64,000 nucleotides of DNA from a bacterium (lineage in GTDB: Bacteria; Patescibacteriota; Minisyncoccia; Phycocordibacterales; JAKAEA01), in the NCBI GenBank assembly GCA_021785065.1, contig JAJYGQ010000017.1, forward strand, positions 925 through 64,924, in the 5' to 3' direction. The notes beneath the pieces are model-generated. The model ran no database searches. It saw only the letters and a program-made list of their open reading frames with translations, and was not told where the DNA came from. Of this stretch, positions 9,936 through 18,679 are shown one piece after another (within the stretch, counting starts at the first letter, position 1; every line of letters starts with the position of its first letter). The translations under genes and the position numbers were made by a program.

Positions 9936-12900
9936 ATGCCGGTTTTATTAAGGGTGCACATAATTATTATCTCTATGCAAAAATTTAAAAGTTACGTTGG
10001 GCAATTCTGTACGACCCATCGCCAGATAGCGAAAGGGTTAGCTTTTGCGTTTGTCACTGCGCTTTTAGCAACGGGCGGTTTCGCAGTGCATGCCGCATAT
10101 GCTGACTCAGCGACACTCGGCGTGACTCAAATTACGGCGGTGAAGACGTACGCTACTGCTGATGACACTTACGCTAATGGTTGGGAGTGGATATTCGACG
10201 TTACGGTTCCCAGCAACCAGACGCTGTTGCAGATGAAATTTGCTGACTGGACGAATGGTACGAGTGTTATTCCCGCCGCCAACAATATTCAATTTTATTC
10301 TCAGCAATCAACTAACGCTTCCGACGAAGCGCACGCTATTCCTATTACCGCTGCCGACACCTATAGCGGCATTATGTATATCAACCCCAACACTGATCTT
10401 AACGTCAATCAGGCTGGCCGACAGATTCAAATTGTTGTTGAAGCGCGTATTCCCACCGGTTCAACGGGCGGCTCATATTCAACAAGTTACGGCATTAACA
10501 CCACCGCGACCTCAACTATCTCTCTTAGTGATTTAACCCAGACATACGACTCTACGGCGAAGTCGGTGACAGTAACTACTGATCCATCGGGTTTGGCGAC
10601 GCAAGTCACCTACAATGGCTCAGCTACAGCACCAACTGCCGCTGGTACCTATACTGTTGATGCGGTAATAACCGATCCTAATTACACGGGCACTTCTACT
10701 GCGACATTGACTATTAATCCGGCGCAGGTGGCGGTGGTAGCAAATCCTCAAACGAAAGTGTACGACGGTTTGACTACAACCGATCCAGCGTTGACTTACA
10801 CAGCCACCCCAGCGCTCTTCGGTAGCGACACCTTCACAGGCGCGCTCACGCGTACTGCAGGAGAAGGCGTTGGTTCCTATCCCATAACTCAAGGCACACT
10901 CAAACTCGACAGTAACTACGTATTGAACTTTAGTCCGTCGACGTTCGTTATTACCGCCCAGCCTGCAAAAGTGACACTCGGCAACTTGAATCAAGAATAT
11001 GGTTCAACCACTCCGGTTACGGTCACGACAGATCCTTCAGGCCTTGCGACGAGTGTGACGTATAACGGCTCACCGACGGTGCCGACTAATGCGGGCAGTT
11101 ATACTGTTGTCGCAAAAATTACTGATCCTAATTACACGGGCAGCTCGACCGAGACACTCGTTGTTGCGCCGCGACCCATCACTGTTACCGCTACTACCGA
11201 CGACAAGATTTATGACGGCACGACTGCAGCAACTAGCACGCCAACTATCACTTCTGGATATCTCGTTGGTTCTGACACCGCAACACTGACTGAGGCTTTC
11301 CAAAATAAAGACGCGGGCACTGGCAAAACTCTTATCCCGAGCGCAACTATTAGCGATGGTAATGGCGGTGCCAACTACGCGGTTACTCTCGTAAACAATA
11401 CCACCGGCATTATTACATCTGCTCCTGCAACTATTTTAGCGACTGGCGTTGATAAAACATATGATGGCACAACGGCAGCGACAGTTAATTTGAAAGTGCT
11501 TGGTGCCGTTCCTACTGACAGTCTCTCGGCCACCGGCGATGCGGTCTTCGACGGTTCTAATGTTGGACCACACACTATTAATGTAACGAATATTGTGGTT
11601 TCTGGCACAGGCGTTACTTCAAACGATTATTCGTATAACACCTCAACATCTACTACAGCGACTATCAATCCAGCCTCGCTTACTATTACCGCCGATAATG
11701 AATCGAAGACATACGGCGACACCTACACATTTAACGGAACTGAATTTAACGCGACGGGTCTTATAAAAGGTACAAGTGACTCAGTGACATCGGCAACGCT
11801 GACTAGTGCTGGCACTGTAGCAAGCGCGGCTTTTGGAACCTACCCGATCAATATCAGTAATGTTGTTGGTACGGGATTAAGCAATTACAACATTAGCTAC
11901 AATCCAGGAACGTTGACGGTGGGCACCAAGACCGTTACTGCTACCATTACCGCCGAAAGTAAACAGTACGATGGCACTAACACGGCTGACATCACAAGTT
12001 GTACGGTAAACGGCGCGGTAAATGGCGACAATCTTACTTGCACGGCTTCAAATGGAACCTTTAGTGATAAGAATGTTGGTAATGGTAAGACTGTTACTGC
12101 CGATGTTACGCTTGTTGGCACAAATGCCGGTAACTACACCCTGACGTCTCCCGTTACTACAACAGCGAATATTACTGCAGCACCTCTCACGGTAACTGCT
12201 GTGACTGATAACAAAATTTACGACAGCACAGTTGCGGCAACGGGCACGCCATCTATTACCGCTGGCTCTCTTCAGGGTACCGACACCGCAACATTTAGCG
12301 AAGTATTCAAAACAAAAGACGTTGGCAGTAACAAGACACTCATTCCATCCATTTCTATCGATGGTGGGACAGGTAATAGTAACTACAACATTACCTACGT
12401 AAACGATACGACAGGTGTCATCACCGCGCGCCCGCTCTTAGTGACCGCAAAAGGTGTTGATAAAGTCTATGACGGCACCACAGACGCCACAGTAACTCTC
12501 TCTGACAATCGCATTGCTGGTGACAAGCTTACCGACAATTACACCACGGCAACATTTGCCAGTCCGAATGTTGGCAACAATATACCAATTACCGTGACAG
12601 GTATTAGTATTAGCGGTACTGATGCGGGTAACTACACGCTGACCGACACTTCTACAACAACGGCCGCCAATATTACCCCAGCGAAACTCACGATTTTGCC
12701 GTACGGTGTCCAGAAAGTTTACGGTGATGCGATCACGCTGCCAGTACTTCCTCCAGGATTCTTCTCACAAGGTTTACAGGGAACTGATAAGGTGACCTCA
12801 GTAGACCTAACCAGCGCCGGCATCACTTCAACGGCCATCGTTGGAAAATATGACATCTTTGCTAAAGATGCAGTGATTTCGCCTTCCACAAGCTTTGCTA

Positions 12901-14306
12901 ATTACGACATTCAATATGCGACGAATACACTTACAGTAACTAAAGCGCCACTTCTCGGAAAAATTCTCGCATCTAATAAGACGTATGACGGCACCACTGA
13001 TGCCAGCACCACCTGTACCTTTACGGGAATTCTCAATGGCGACAACGTAACCTGCACCACTTCAAACGCTGCATTTGCAACTCGAAACGTTAGTAGCACC
13101 ACGGTGACCGCCGATCTCAATCTCTCTGGTCCTGATGCAGGCAATTACGGAATTAATCCAACAGCAACCACCAACGCTTCTATTAATCCGCTCGCCCTTA
13201 CGGTGACTGCTGTACCGAACACTAAAATTTATGATGGCACCACTGCCGCCGCCGCTCTTCCGACGTTCACGCCCACAATACTCGGTCAGGGCGACACTCC
13301 CGACTTCATAGAGACCTATGACACGGCGACCGCTGGTATAAACAAAACACTAACACCAAGTGGGGTAGTGAATGACGGCAATAATGGTAAAAACTACACG
13401 TACAAATATGTTTCTGTGTCTACTGGCGTTATCTCGAAAGCTAATCAAACTGTTTCTTTCGTTAAATATCCAAGCGGTACTATTAGCGGAAATTCCTTTA
13501 CCGTTAGCGCGACATCAACGTCAGATTTGCCGGTTACCTTTACTGGTGGCACGTCGGGTGTTTGCAGCGTCAACGCCGATGGTACAGTAAATGTTCTAGG
13601 ATCTGGACAGTGTAATGTTATTGCCGAGCAGGCGGGTAATGCTGATTACAATCCCGCATCAACCAATATGACGTTTAGCGTGGTGTATAACGTAACACCT
13701 ACCACAATCACTATTTCATCTGTCTCTCCATCCGCGGCCGCCACCGGCTCTAACGTCACCATCAACTGGACTTCGACGAATGCTCCCACCGGGTCAGCGG
13801 TAGCGCTCACCCTCTTCAATAGTAGCGGTAACGAAGTGGGTGTCTTAACTAAAGACGCCGATAGTACTGGAAGCTATGTTTGGAGCATTCCTACTTGTGT
13901 GTCAGGTCCATCGGGCCCGGGTAGCGGTGGCATTATTCCTATTACCTCCTGTACGCCTACCGATAGCAGCGGTGTCTACGAGACGCCCGTGGGCAACTAC
14001 ACTATTGTAGCCAAGCTCTATACACCGAAAGGTGGCTATGGTGATGGTATGATTGCCCCTTCACCTTCTCTCCAAACTCTCGCGACTTCAGCAGCAATGC
14101 CGTTTACGGTGATACCTGCTCCGACCACTAGGATTGAGTCGTCGCTTAGTTTTGCTGCGCCGTTAATGGTTTCCACCTCAACATCAACGCCATCAACGCC
14201 ACCAACACCAACTTCAACTCCTCCGACTATCGATACTACTTCTACAACCACACCCACAACCGCACCCACAACAACAAGCACAAGCACCTCGACGCCAACG
14301 AAATAG
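9936..14306 (+). CDS. Giant secreted surface protein or adhesin with about ten tandem YDG/MBG-type Ig-like repeats and a Thr/Pro-rich C-terminus
   Basis: 1456 aa. The signal peptide (LAFAFVTALLATGGFAVHAAYA) sits best if the start is the Met at 9975. The unit K(V/I/T)YDGTT...Y.I..G.L....NY.I......LT(I/V) recurs, for example KVYDGLTTTD, KIYDGTTAATSTP, KTYDGTTAATVNL, KQYDGTNTAD, KVYDGTTDATV, KTYDGTTDAST and KIYDGTTAAAALP. The tail reads STSTSTPSTPPTPTSTPPTIDTTSTTTPTT. Confidence 0.8.
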   Translation: MPVLLRVHIIIISMQKFKSYVGQFCTTHRQIAKGLAFAFVTALLATGGFAVHAAYADSATLGVTQITAVKTYATADDTYANGWEWIFDVTVPSNQTLLQMKFADWTNGTSVIPAANNIQFYSQQSTNASDEAHAIPITAADTYSGIMYINPNTDLNVNQAGRQIQIVVEARIPTGSTGGSYSTSYGINTTATSTISLSDLTQTYDSTAKSVTVTTDPSGLATQVTYNGSATAPTAAGTYTVDAVITDPNYTGTSTATLTINPAQVAVVANPQTKVYDGLTTTDPALTYTATPALFGSDTFTGALTRTAGEGVGSYPITQGTLKLDSNYVLNFSPSTFVITAQPAKVTLGNLNQEYGSTTPVTVTTDPSGLATSVTYNGSPTVPTNAGSYTVVAKITDPNYTGSSTETLVVAPRPITVTATTDDKIYDGTTAATSTPTITSGYLVGSDTATLTEAFQNKDAGTGKTLIPSATISDGNGGANYAVTLVNNTTGIITSAPATILATGVDKTYDGTTAATVNLKVLGAVPTDSLSATGDAVFDGSNVGPHTINVTNIVVSGTGVTSNDYSYNTSTSTTATINPASLTITADNESKTYGDTYTFNGTEFNATGLIKGTSDSVTSATLTSAGTVASAAFGTYPINISNVVGTGLSNYNISYNPGTLTVGTKTVTATITAESKQYDGTNTADITSCTVNGAVNGDNLTCTASNGTFSDKNVGNGKTVTADVTLVGTNAGNYTLTSPVTTTANITAAPLTVTAVTDNKIYDSTVAATGTPSITAGSLQGTDTATFSEVFKTKDVGSNKTLIPSISIDGGTGNSNYNITYVNDTTGVITARPLLVTAKGVDKVYDGTTDATVTLSDNRIAGDKLTDNYTTATFASPNVGNNIPITVTGISISGTDAGNYTLTDTSTTTAANITPAKLTILPYGVQKVYGDAITLPVLPPGFFSQGLQGTDKVTSVDLTSAGITSTAIVGKYDIFAKDAVISPSTSFANYDIQYATNTLTVTKAPLLGKILASNKTYDGTTDASTTCTFTGILNGDNVTCTTSNAAFATRNVSSTTVTADLNLSGPDAGNYGINPTATTNASINPLALTVTAVPNTKIYDGTTAAAALPTFTPTILGQGDTPDFIETYDTATAGINKTLTPSGVVNDGNNGKNYTYKYVSVSTGVISKANQTVSFVKYPSGTISGNSFTVSATSTSDLPVTFTGGTSGVCSVNADGTVNVLGSGQCNVIAEQAGNADYNPASTNMTFSVVYNVTPTTITISSVSPSAAATGSNVTINWTSTNAPTGSAVALTLFNSSGNEVGVLTKDADSTGSYVWSIPTCVSGPSGPGSGGIIPITSCTPTDSSGVYETPVGNYTIVAKLYTPKGGYGDGMIAPSPSLQTLATSAAMPFTVIPAPTTRIESSLSFAAPLMVSTSTSTPSTPPTPTSTPPTIDTTSTTTPTTAPTTTSTSTSTPTK
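10441..13400 (+). repeat. Intragenic tandem coding repeats (about 270-nt units, diverged) inside the adhesin gene
   Basis: DNA motifs such as acggcacgactgcagc, tacgacggcacaacggcagcgaca and tatgacggcaccactgatgcc recur at roughly 90-codon spacing. Confidence 0.5.
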
Positions 14307-14328
14307 TGTTGTATAATAAAAATCATCT

Positions 14329-14946
14329 ATGAACATGAACACTTTACTAAAAATCTCATTTTTTTCGGCCGCGACAATTGGTCTTTTGACCTTTAGCCTG
14401 CAGGCCTCCGCGTCTTCTGTAGGGGGAACTCTAACGCCTGGTGGCGGTCTTAGTGGTGTTGGTGTCACCGGTACGGTGGTTACGCCCCCTATCGCCAATC
14501 CTAGTGCTGGTGTCTATACCTCGACGCAAAATGTCACCCTGACGGCCAGCGGCGCCTCGAGCATTCACTTTACGACTGATGGATCCTCACCAACTTGCTC
14601 TACTGGTACGGTTTATTCGAGCGCTATTTCGGTAAGCGTCTCGCAGGTAATAGAAGCTATTTCCTGCTATCCGGGTAACGCCTCATCGACGGTTGCCTCG
14701 TATTTGTACGCGATTAATCCGGGTTCAACCGGTGGTGGCGGGGGTACAACAGGCAGTCCAATTTCGTCACCTAATATCGGCACCACGGGTGGTACAAGTG
14801 GCAGCCAAATCATAGGTATTGCCGATTTTATTCTGCTTATGGAAAACTGGGGTCAAACTGGTCTCGGTAATCCGGCGGACTTCAATAAAGATGGTGCGGT
14901 GAACATCGGCGACTTTATTTGGCTTATGAGTAATTGGAATCAATAA
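14329..14946 (+). CDS. Secreted protein with a CHB_HEX_C-like (Fn3/Ig-like) domain and a C-terminal dockerin-like module
   Basis: Signal peptide. VYTSTQNVTLTASGASSIHFTTDGSSPTCSTGTVYSSAISVS matches the chitobiase/beta-hexosaminidase C-terminal domain signature. The C-terminus reads ADFILLMENWGQTGLGNPADFNKDGAVNIGDFIWLMSNW, a D.N.DG.VN..D calcium loop with a flanking helix, as in dockerin. Confidence 0.6.
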   Translation: MNMNTLLKISFFSAATIGLLTFSLQASASSVGGTLTPGGGLSGVGVTGTVVTPPIANPSAGVYTSTQNVTLTASGASSIHFTTDGSSPTCSTGTVYSSAISVSVSQVIEAISCYPGNASSTVASYLYAINPGSTGGGGGTTGSPISSPNIGTTGGTSGSQIIGIADFILLMENWGQTGLGNPADFNKDGAVNIGDFIWLMSNWNQ

Positions 14947-14951
14947 AATTT

Positions 14952-15677
14952 ATGAATACTAAAAAAATTATTTTTGCTGGCGTAATTACAACTCTCGGCG
15001 TGTTTGCTGTTGCTCTTCCGGCTTTCGCGGCAACTACTGCGTCATTTGTGCCAACTCCTATCAAAGTGGCTACGGGACAGCAATTCAACGTGGTGGTTAT
15101 GGTTAACCCGCAAGGCGTAAAAAATTACGCGGAAAAAGTTGAGGTTGATTATCCTGCCAATCTTCTCCAGGTCATCTCGTTTACACCGGGTAATAGTTGG
15201 ATGACGCTTCAGCAGCCTGGTTATGACTCTATAAACAACAACACGGGCGTGATGATTAAAACAGCTGGCTACCCGACAGGATTTTCATCACAAACACTTT
15301 TCGGTACCATTTTATTTACCGCTAAAAAAGCTGGCAGCGGCACTATCGCTATCGATAATCAATCGATTGCGTTTAAAGCGGGTGCTCAAACTACGACGCT
15401 TACGGGCACTCCGGCGCCGTTTACTATTAGCGTTGCTACTGTACCCGCGGCAAGCACAACTCCCGCTGCTCTTGCTCCGGTTTCTACGGTTAACGGTCAG
15501 GCGATTGCCACCGCTACAACTCCCGCTGGTCTCGCTTCTACCGCTAATTCACAACTTGCGGCCGCTGCCGCAAACGCCGGTGGCGTAGCCTACTGGGTCT
15601 GGATCCTGCTCGTCATCGCGATTATTCTCGTTATTGTACTCTTCATTCTCTACCGCAACCGAAAGGGAAAGATGTAA
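14952..15677 (+). CDS. Membrane-anchored cohesin-domain protein
   Basis: The track ORF starts at a TTG at 14934; the ATG at 14952 gives MNTKKIIFAGVITTLGVFAVALPAFA, a signal peptide. The stretch IKVATGQQFNVVVMVNPQGVKNYAEKVEVDYPANLLQV...LFGTILFTAKKAGSGTIAIDNQSIAF follows the cohesin beta-sandwich pattern (F.V.V......V.YD...L, then LATI.F.A). Then a Thr/Ala linker and the C-terminal TM anchor VAYWVWILLVIAIILVIVLFILYRNRKGKM. Confidence 0.55.
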   Translation: MNTKKIIFAGVITTLGVFAVALPAFAATTASFVPTPIKVATGQQFNVVVMVNPQGVKNYAEKVEVDYPANLLQVISFTPGNSWMTLQQPGYDSINNNTGVMIKTAGYPTGFSSQTLFGTILFTAKKAGSGTIAIDNQSIAFKAGAQTTTLTGTPAPFTISVATVPAASTTPAALAPVSTVNGQAIATATTPAGLASTANSQLAAAAANAGGVAYWVWILLVIAIILVIVLFILYRNRKGKM

Positions 15678-15685
15678 AAATATAG

Positions 15686-15758
15686 TCCGCCCAGCAGGAT
15701 TCGAACCTGCGACCGTTCGCTTAAGAGGCGACTGCTCTACCAACTGAGCTATGGGCGG
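15686..15758 (-). tRNA. tRNA-Lys (anticodon CTT)
   Basis: Reverse complement ccgcccatagctcagttggtagagcagtcgcctcttaagcgaacggtcgcaggttcgaatcctgctgggcgga. The D-arm is gctc-agttggta-gagc, the anticodon loop ctCTTaa, the T-arm gcagg-ttcgaat-cctgc, and the 7-bp acceptor is fully paired. Confidence 0.9.
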
Positions 15759-15799
15759 TGCAGATATGTAGCCTAACAATTTTTCGGCGATTTCGCAAT

Positions 15800-16150
15800 T
15801 TATTTTGCGAGCGTGCCAGGGGCGATGGAGGCGTTTGGTTCAAGAATAGAAAAATTGCCCGCGTCATCAGACACTGCAAAGAGCATGCCGTTTGATTGGT
15901 GACCGCGGATGGTGCGCGGCTCGAGATTGGTGACGAACATGCAGGTGCGGCCAATGAGCGTGGTAGGGTCGGGAAAATAAGCGGCAATACCGGAAACAAT
16001 TTGCCGCGGTGTAGGCTGACCAGCTTCGTCATGCTCGGCAAAATCAACACTAAGCCGCAAGAGCTTATCAGTGTCGGGAATTTTTTCGGCCGTTAAAATT
16101 TTGCCGGCGCGAATTTCTATTTTTTTGAAATCGTCAAGGGTGATAGTCAT
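15800..16150 (-). CDS. csaA: tRNA-binding protein, CsaA/Trbp111 (EMAP/Myf domain) family
   Basis: MTITLDDFKKIEIRAGKILTAEKIPDTDKLLRLSVDFAE...RQIVSGIAAYF matches the YgjH/CsaA pattern ([31 protein letters not shown]). Confidence 0.75.
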   Translation of the reverse strand: MTITLDDFKKIEIRAGKILTAEKIPDTDKLLRLSVDFAEHDEAGQPTPRQIVSGIAAYFPDPTTLIGRTCMFVTNLEPRTIRGHQSNGMLFAVSDDAGNFSILEPNASIAPGTLAK

Positions 16151-16201
16151 ACTACTTTTGATCAGGAGTAATGGAGGGAGTATACCAGATATTATAAAAA
16201 A

Positions 16202-16240
16202 AGCCCGTGCGTTCTCGAGAACGCACGGGCTGCTGTTTTT
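16202..16240 (-). terminator. Intrinsic terminator: perfect 14-bp stem gcccgtgcgttctc/gagaacgcacgggc followed by a T-run on both strands
   Basis: Plus strand reads aaaaaaagcccgtgcgttctcgagaacgcacgggctgctgtttttg. It lies directly downstream of the stop of the 16244..16498 minus gene. Confidence 0.6.
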
Positions 16241-16243
16241 GTA

Positions 16244-16498
16244 CTAGGTCATAACAATAGCGAGAATACTCGCTATAAACATTAGACTCCACACCATGAT
16301 GCCCAATGCCTGATCTAGTGTTATTTCTTTGTCACACACAATGAATGTGACAACTATAACCCCAGATACTATGGCAATAGCATCCAAAAGGTTTTTAGCA
16401 AGACTAATTGATCCCCAACAGCAGGCAGCGACGAGCGCTACTGCTAGCAAGTTACCAATCGCCATAAGCCCCATTCGATGATGTTTTTTAAAAAACAA
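16244..16498 (-). CDS. Hypothetical small membrane protein (84 aa, 2-3 TM helices)
   Basis: Track ORF with hydrophobic helices (LMAIGNLLAVALVAACCWGSISL, IVSGVIVVTFIVC, IMVWSLMFIASILAIVM). It is followed by the strong terminator. Confidence 0.35.
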   Translation of the reverse strand: MFFKKHHRMGLMAIGNLLAVALVAACCWGSISLAKNLLDAIAIVSGVIVVTFIVCDKEITLDQALGIMVWSLMFIASILAIVMT

Positions 16499-16629
16499 TA
16501 GACGACTCCTTTCGCAAAGATCGTAAAGAACAGGTATCGAGCGAACACACTATTCGCTCAGCAGTGAAACAAAATAACATTTTATAGAAATTTTGTCAAT
16601 TTTTTGCAGAATGTCCCGATACTTTTTTG

Positions 16630-16711
16630 TGCCCGGAGTGGGGGTCGAACCCACATTCCTTTCGGAACACGATTTTAAGTCGTGCGCGTATACCAGTTCC
16701 GCCATCCGGGC
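16630..16711 (-). tRNA. tRNA-Leu (anticodon TAA)
   Basis: Reverse complement gcccggatggcggaactggtatacgcgcacgacttaaaatcgtgttccgaaaggaatgtgggttcgacccccactccgggca. The anticodon arm cacga-cttaaaa-tcgtg gives TAA, with a long variable arm and the T-arm gtggg-ttcgacc-cccac. Confidence 0.9.
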
Positions 16712-16717
16712 GTCATG

Positions 16718-16792
16718 AGGCGTAGGCCGGGATCGAACCGGCGCATAGCGGTTTTGCAGACCGCCGCGTTAACCAACTTCGCCACTACGCCG
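16718..16792 (-). tRNA. tRNA-Cys (anticodon GCA)
   Basis: Reverse complement ggcgtagtggcgaagttggttaacgcggcggtctgcaaaaccgctatgcgccggttcgatcccggcctacgcct. The anticodon arm gcggt-ctGCAaa-accgc and the T-arm gccgg-ttcgatc-ccggc are as expected. Confidence 0.9.
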
Positions 16793-17125
16793 TCTATCTT
16801 CCTCCTCGTACGACAGCTCGTCAAGCCGCTGCCGATTCTTTTCGCCGAGGTCGAGCACAAACTCAGTGCTCGGCAAAAAACGAAGCTTGGCTCGCTCGGC
16901 GACGTACGCTCCGAATTCTCTCTTTTTTCTGGCTAAAAAGTCAAGAGCGGCCTGTTCGCGACTCTGTGGTAACACGGTGAGTAAGATGGTCATGGTGTGA
17001 CCGTGGTTACTTTCATGAGCACCGGTAACGGTGATGAGTGATTGTCCTGCCGACTCGCGATTAATAAACTCGGCGGCGAGTTCAGCAAAGAGCGCTTCGG
17101 TTTTTACTGTTTTGAGTGAGCTCAT
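16769..17125 (-). CDS. rbfA: Ribosome-binding factor A
   Basis: MSSLKTVKTEALFAELAAEFINRESAGQSLITVTGAHESNHGHTMTILLTVLP fits the RbfA KH-like fold pattern (LITVT.V.VS.D...A.VY). The C-terminal acidic tail overlaps tRNA-Cys by about 24 nt. Confidence 0.65.
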   Translation of the reverse strand: MSSLKTVKTEALFAELAAEFINRESAGQSLITVTGAHESNHGHTMTILLTVLPQSREQAALDFLARKKREFGAYVAERAKLRFLPSTEFVLDLGEKNRQRLDELSYEEEDRRRSGEVG

Positions 17126-18679
17126 TTATTTTTCTACGACGATAAATGCTTCTAAGCGGTCGCCGGGGGCGATTTCTATTTTTGATTCAACCAGGGCGCC
17201 AAATTCTTGTCCCTCGGGAACTTCAGCAATTTTATTTTTTTGTCGTTGAAGCTCGCGCACTCGACCACGACCAACTTCAAAATCGCGCCGCATAATTTTA
17301 ACCTCGCTGCCAAGTTTGATAAGGCCTTTTTCTACGCGGCCACCAATAACCTGGCGGTCGCGCATCTTACTAAAGAATTTTAGAACTTTAGCAATCCCGA
17401 TTTGTTCGTCGGTTTTTATCTTAGGCACGCTCTGAGCGGCAGTAGCGGCGAACCACTCGGCAAGCTTATAAATAATGTCAAATATTTCTATAGTAACGCC
17501 ACTGGTCTGCGCTAGACCTTTTGCGGCAGTAGCAATGCCAACACCAAAACCAATAATGATGATTCGTTTATCGGCAACAGCGGTCTTAATATCATTTTCA
17601 GTAATATCTCCAATTCCCGCCGTAATAATTTTAATAGTGAGTCGATCGTGGTTGATTTTAGCGATTTCGTGTTTCAGTGCTTCTAAGCCACCGACATTGG
17701 TAGCTTTGATAATAATGGGGAGCGTGGCAGTTGTTGCATCGTCGCTATCGTCTGCGGTAGTATGTGTTTGATTTTTTTTCTGCGGTGTAGGGTGGGTATG
17801 TTGCTCTTCGGCAATGGCGGCCTCAGCTTCTTTTTTTGAAGCAAGTGTACGGAAACGGGTGCCAACTGGCGGTAGCGTATTCCAGCCAAAAAGGCGCACT
17901 GGACTAGAGAAAGTGGCCTGACGGATTGCCGCGCCGGCAGCATTTTCCATAAGGCGTACGGGAGCCCAAGCGGTACCGGCCACAACGGCCGTCCCAGTAG
18001 TAATTGTGCCGTCTTTAATAATGAGCGTGGCGGCAATACCTTTTTTATGATCTACCGAAGATTCAATTACTACACCCTCGGCTGGTTTTGTTGGCGTGCC
18101 CGAAAGCTCGGCAATATCGGCGGCAAGATTAACTAGATCGAGTAGTTCAGGTACGCCCTCGCCGGTTTTTGCGGAAATAGCAACCCACGGTACATCACCA
18201 CCGTATCCTTCAACATATATGTCGTTTTCGGCGAGGCTGGCCTTGGTGCGCTCTACATCTGCACCTTCCTTATCTATTTTATTAATCGCAACCACAAAAG
18301 GAATGCCAGCAGTGCGAATAGCATCACGAGCTTCGATAGTTTGTGGACGAACACCGTCTTCGGCGGATACAACTAGAATAGCCACATCGGCGACTTGCGC
18401 ACCGCGAGAACGAATAGCGGCGAAAGCTGCATGTCCGGGTGTATCCAAAAAAGTGATACGGCGCGTAGTACCGTTAATAGTTCGCTCAACTTCATAGGCA
18501 GAAACCTTCTGAGTAATACCGCCTGCTTCACTGTCGACGATATTAGTGTGACGAATATAATCTAAAAGAGTTGATTTGCCGTGATCAACGTGGCCAAGTA
18601 CAGCTACGACTGGTGGTCGCGGTGTGCGAGTCTCAGTAGAGGAAGCGGTTTTTATTTTTGTATGATTTTTTGTTGACAT
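17126..18679 (-). CDS. infB: Translation initiation factor IF-2, short form (G domain plus domains II-IV only)
   Basis: VAVLGHVDHGKSTLLDYIRHTNIV (G1), DTPGHAAF (G3), NKIDK (G4) and the C-terminal beta-barrels. 517 aa, with only about 30 aa ahead of the G domain. Confidence 0.9.
   Translation of the reverse strand: MSTKNHTKIKTASSTETRTPRPPVVAVLGHVDHGKSTLLDYIRHTNIVDSEAGGITQKVSAYEVERTINGTTRRITFLDTPGHAAFAAIRSRGAQVADVAILVVSAEDGVRPQTIEARDAIRTAGIPFVVAINKIDKEGADVERTKASLAENDIYVEGYGGDVPWVAISAKTGEGVPELLDLVNLAADIAELSGTPTKPAEGVVIESSVDHKKGIAATLIIKDGTITTGTAVVAGTAWAPVRLMENAAGAAIRQATFSSPVRLFGWNTLPPVGTRFRTLASKKEAEAAIAEEQHTHPTPQKKNQTHTTADDSDDATTATLPIIIKATNVGGLEALKHEIAKINHDRLTIKIITAGIGDITENDIKTAVADKRIIIIGFGVGIATAAKGLAQTSGVTIEIFDIIYKLAEWFAATAAQSVPKIKTDEQIGIAKVLKFFSKMRDRQVIGGRVEKGLIKLGSEVKIMRRDFEVGRGRVRELQRQKNKIAEVPEGQEFGALVESKIEIAPGDRLEAFIVVEK

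Noticed and set aside
15549-15779. 76-aa minus ORF across tRNA-Lys
   Set aside because: It is the reverse-strand reading of the tRNA gene; its aa string PPIAQLVEQSPLKRTVAGSNPAG is the classic tRNA-derived pseudo-ORF.
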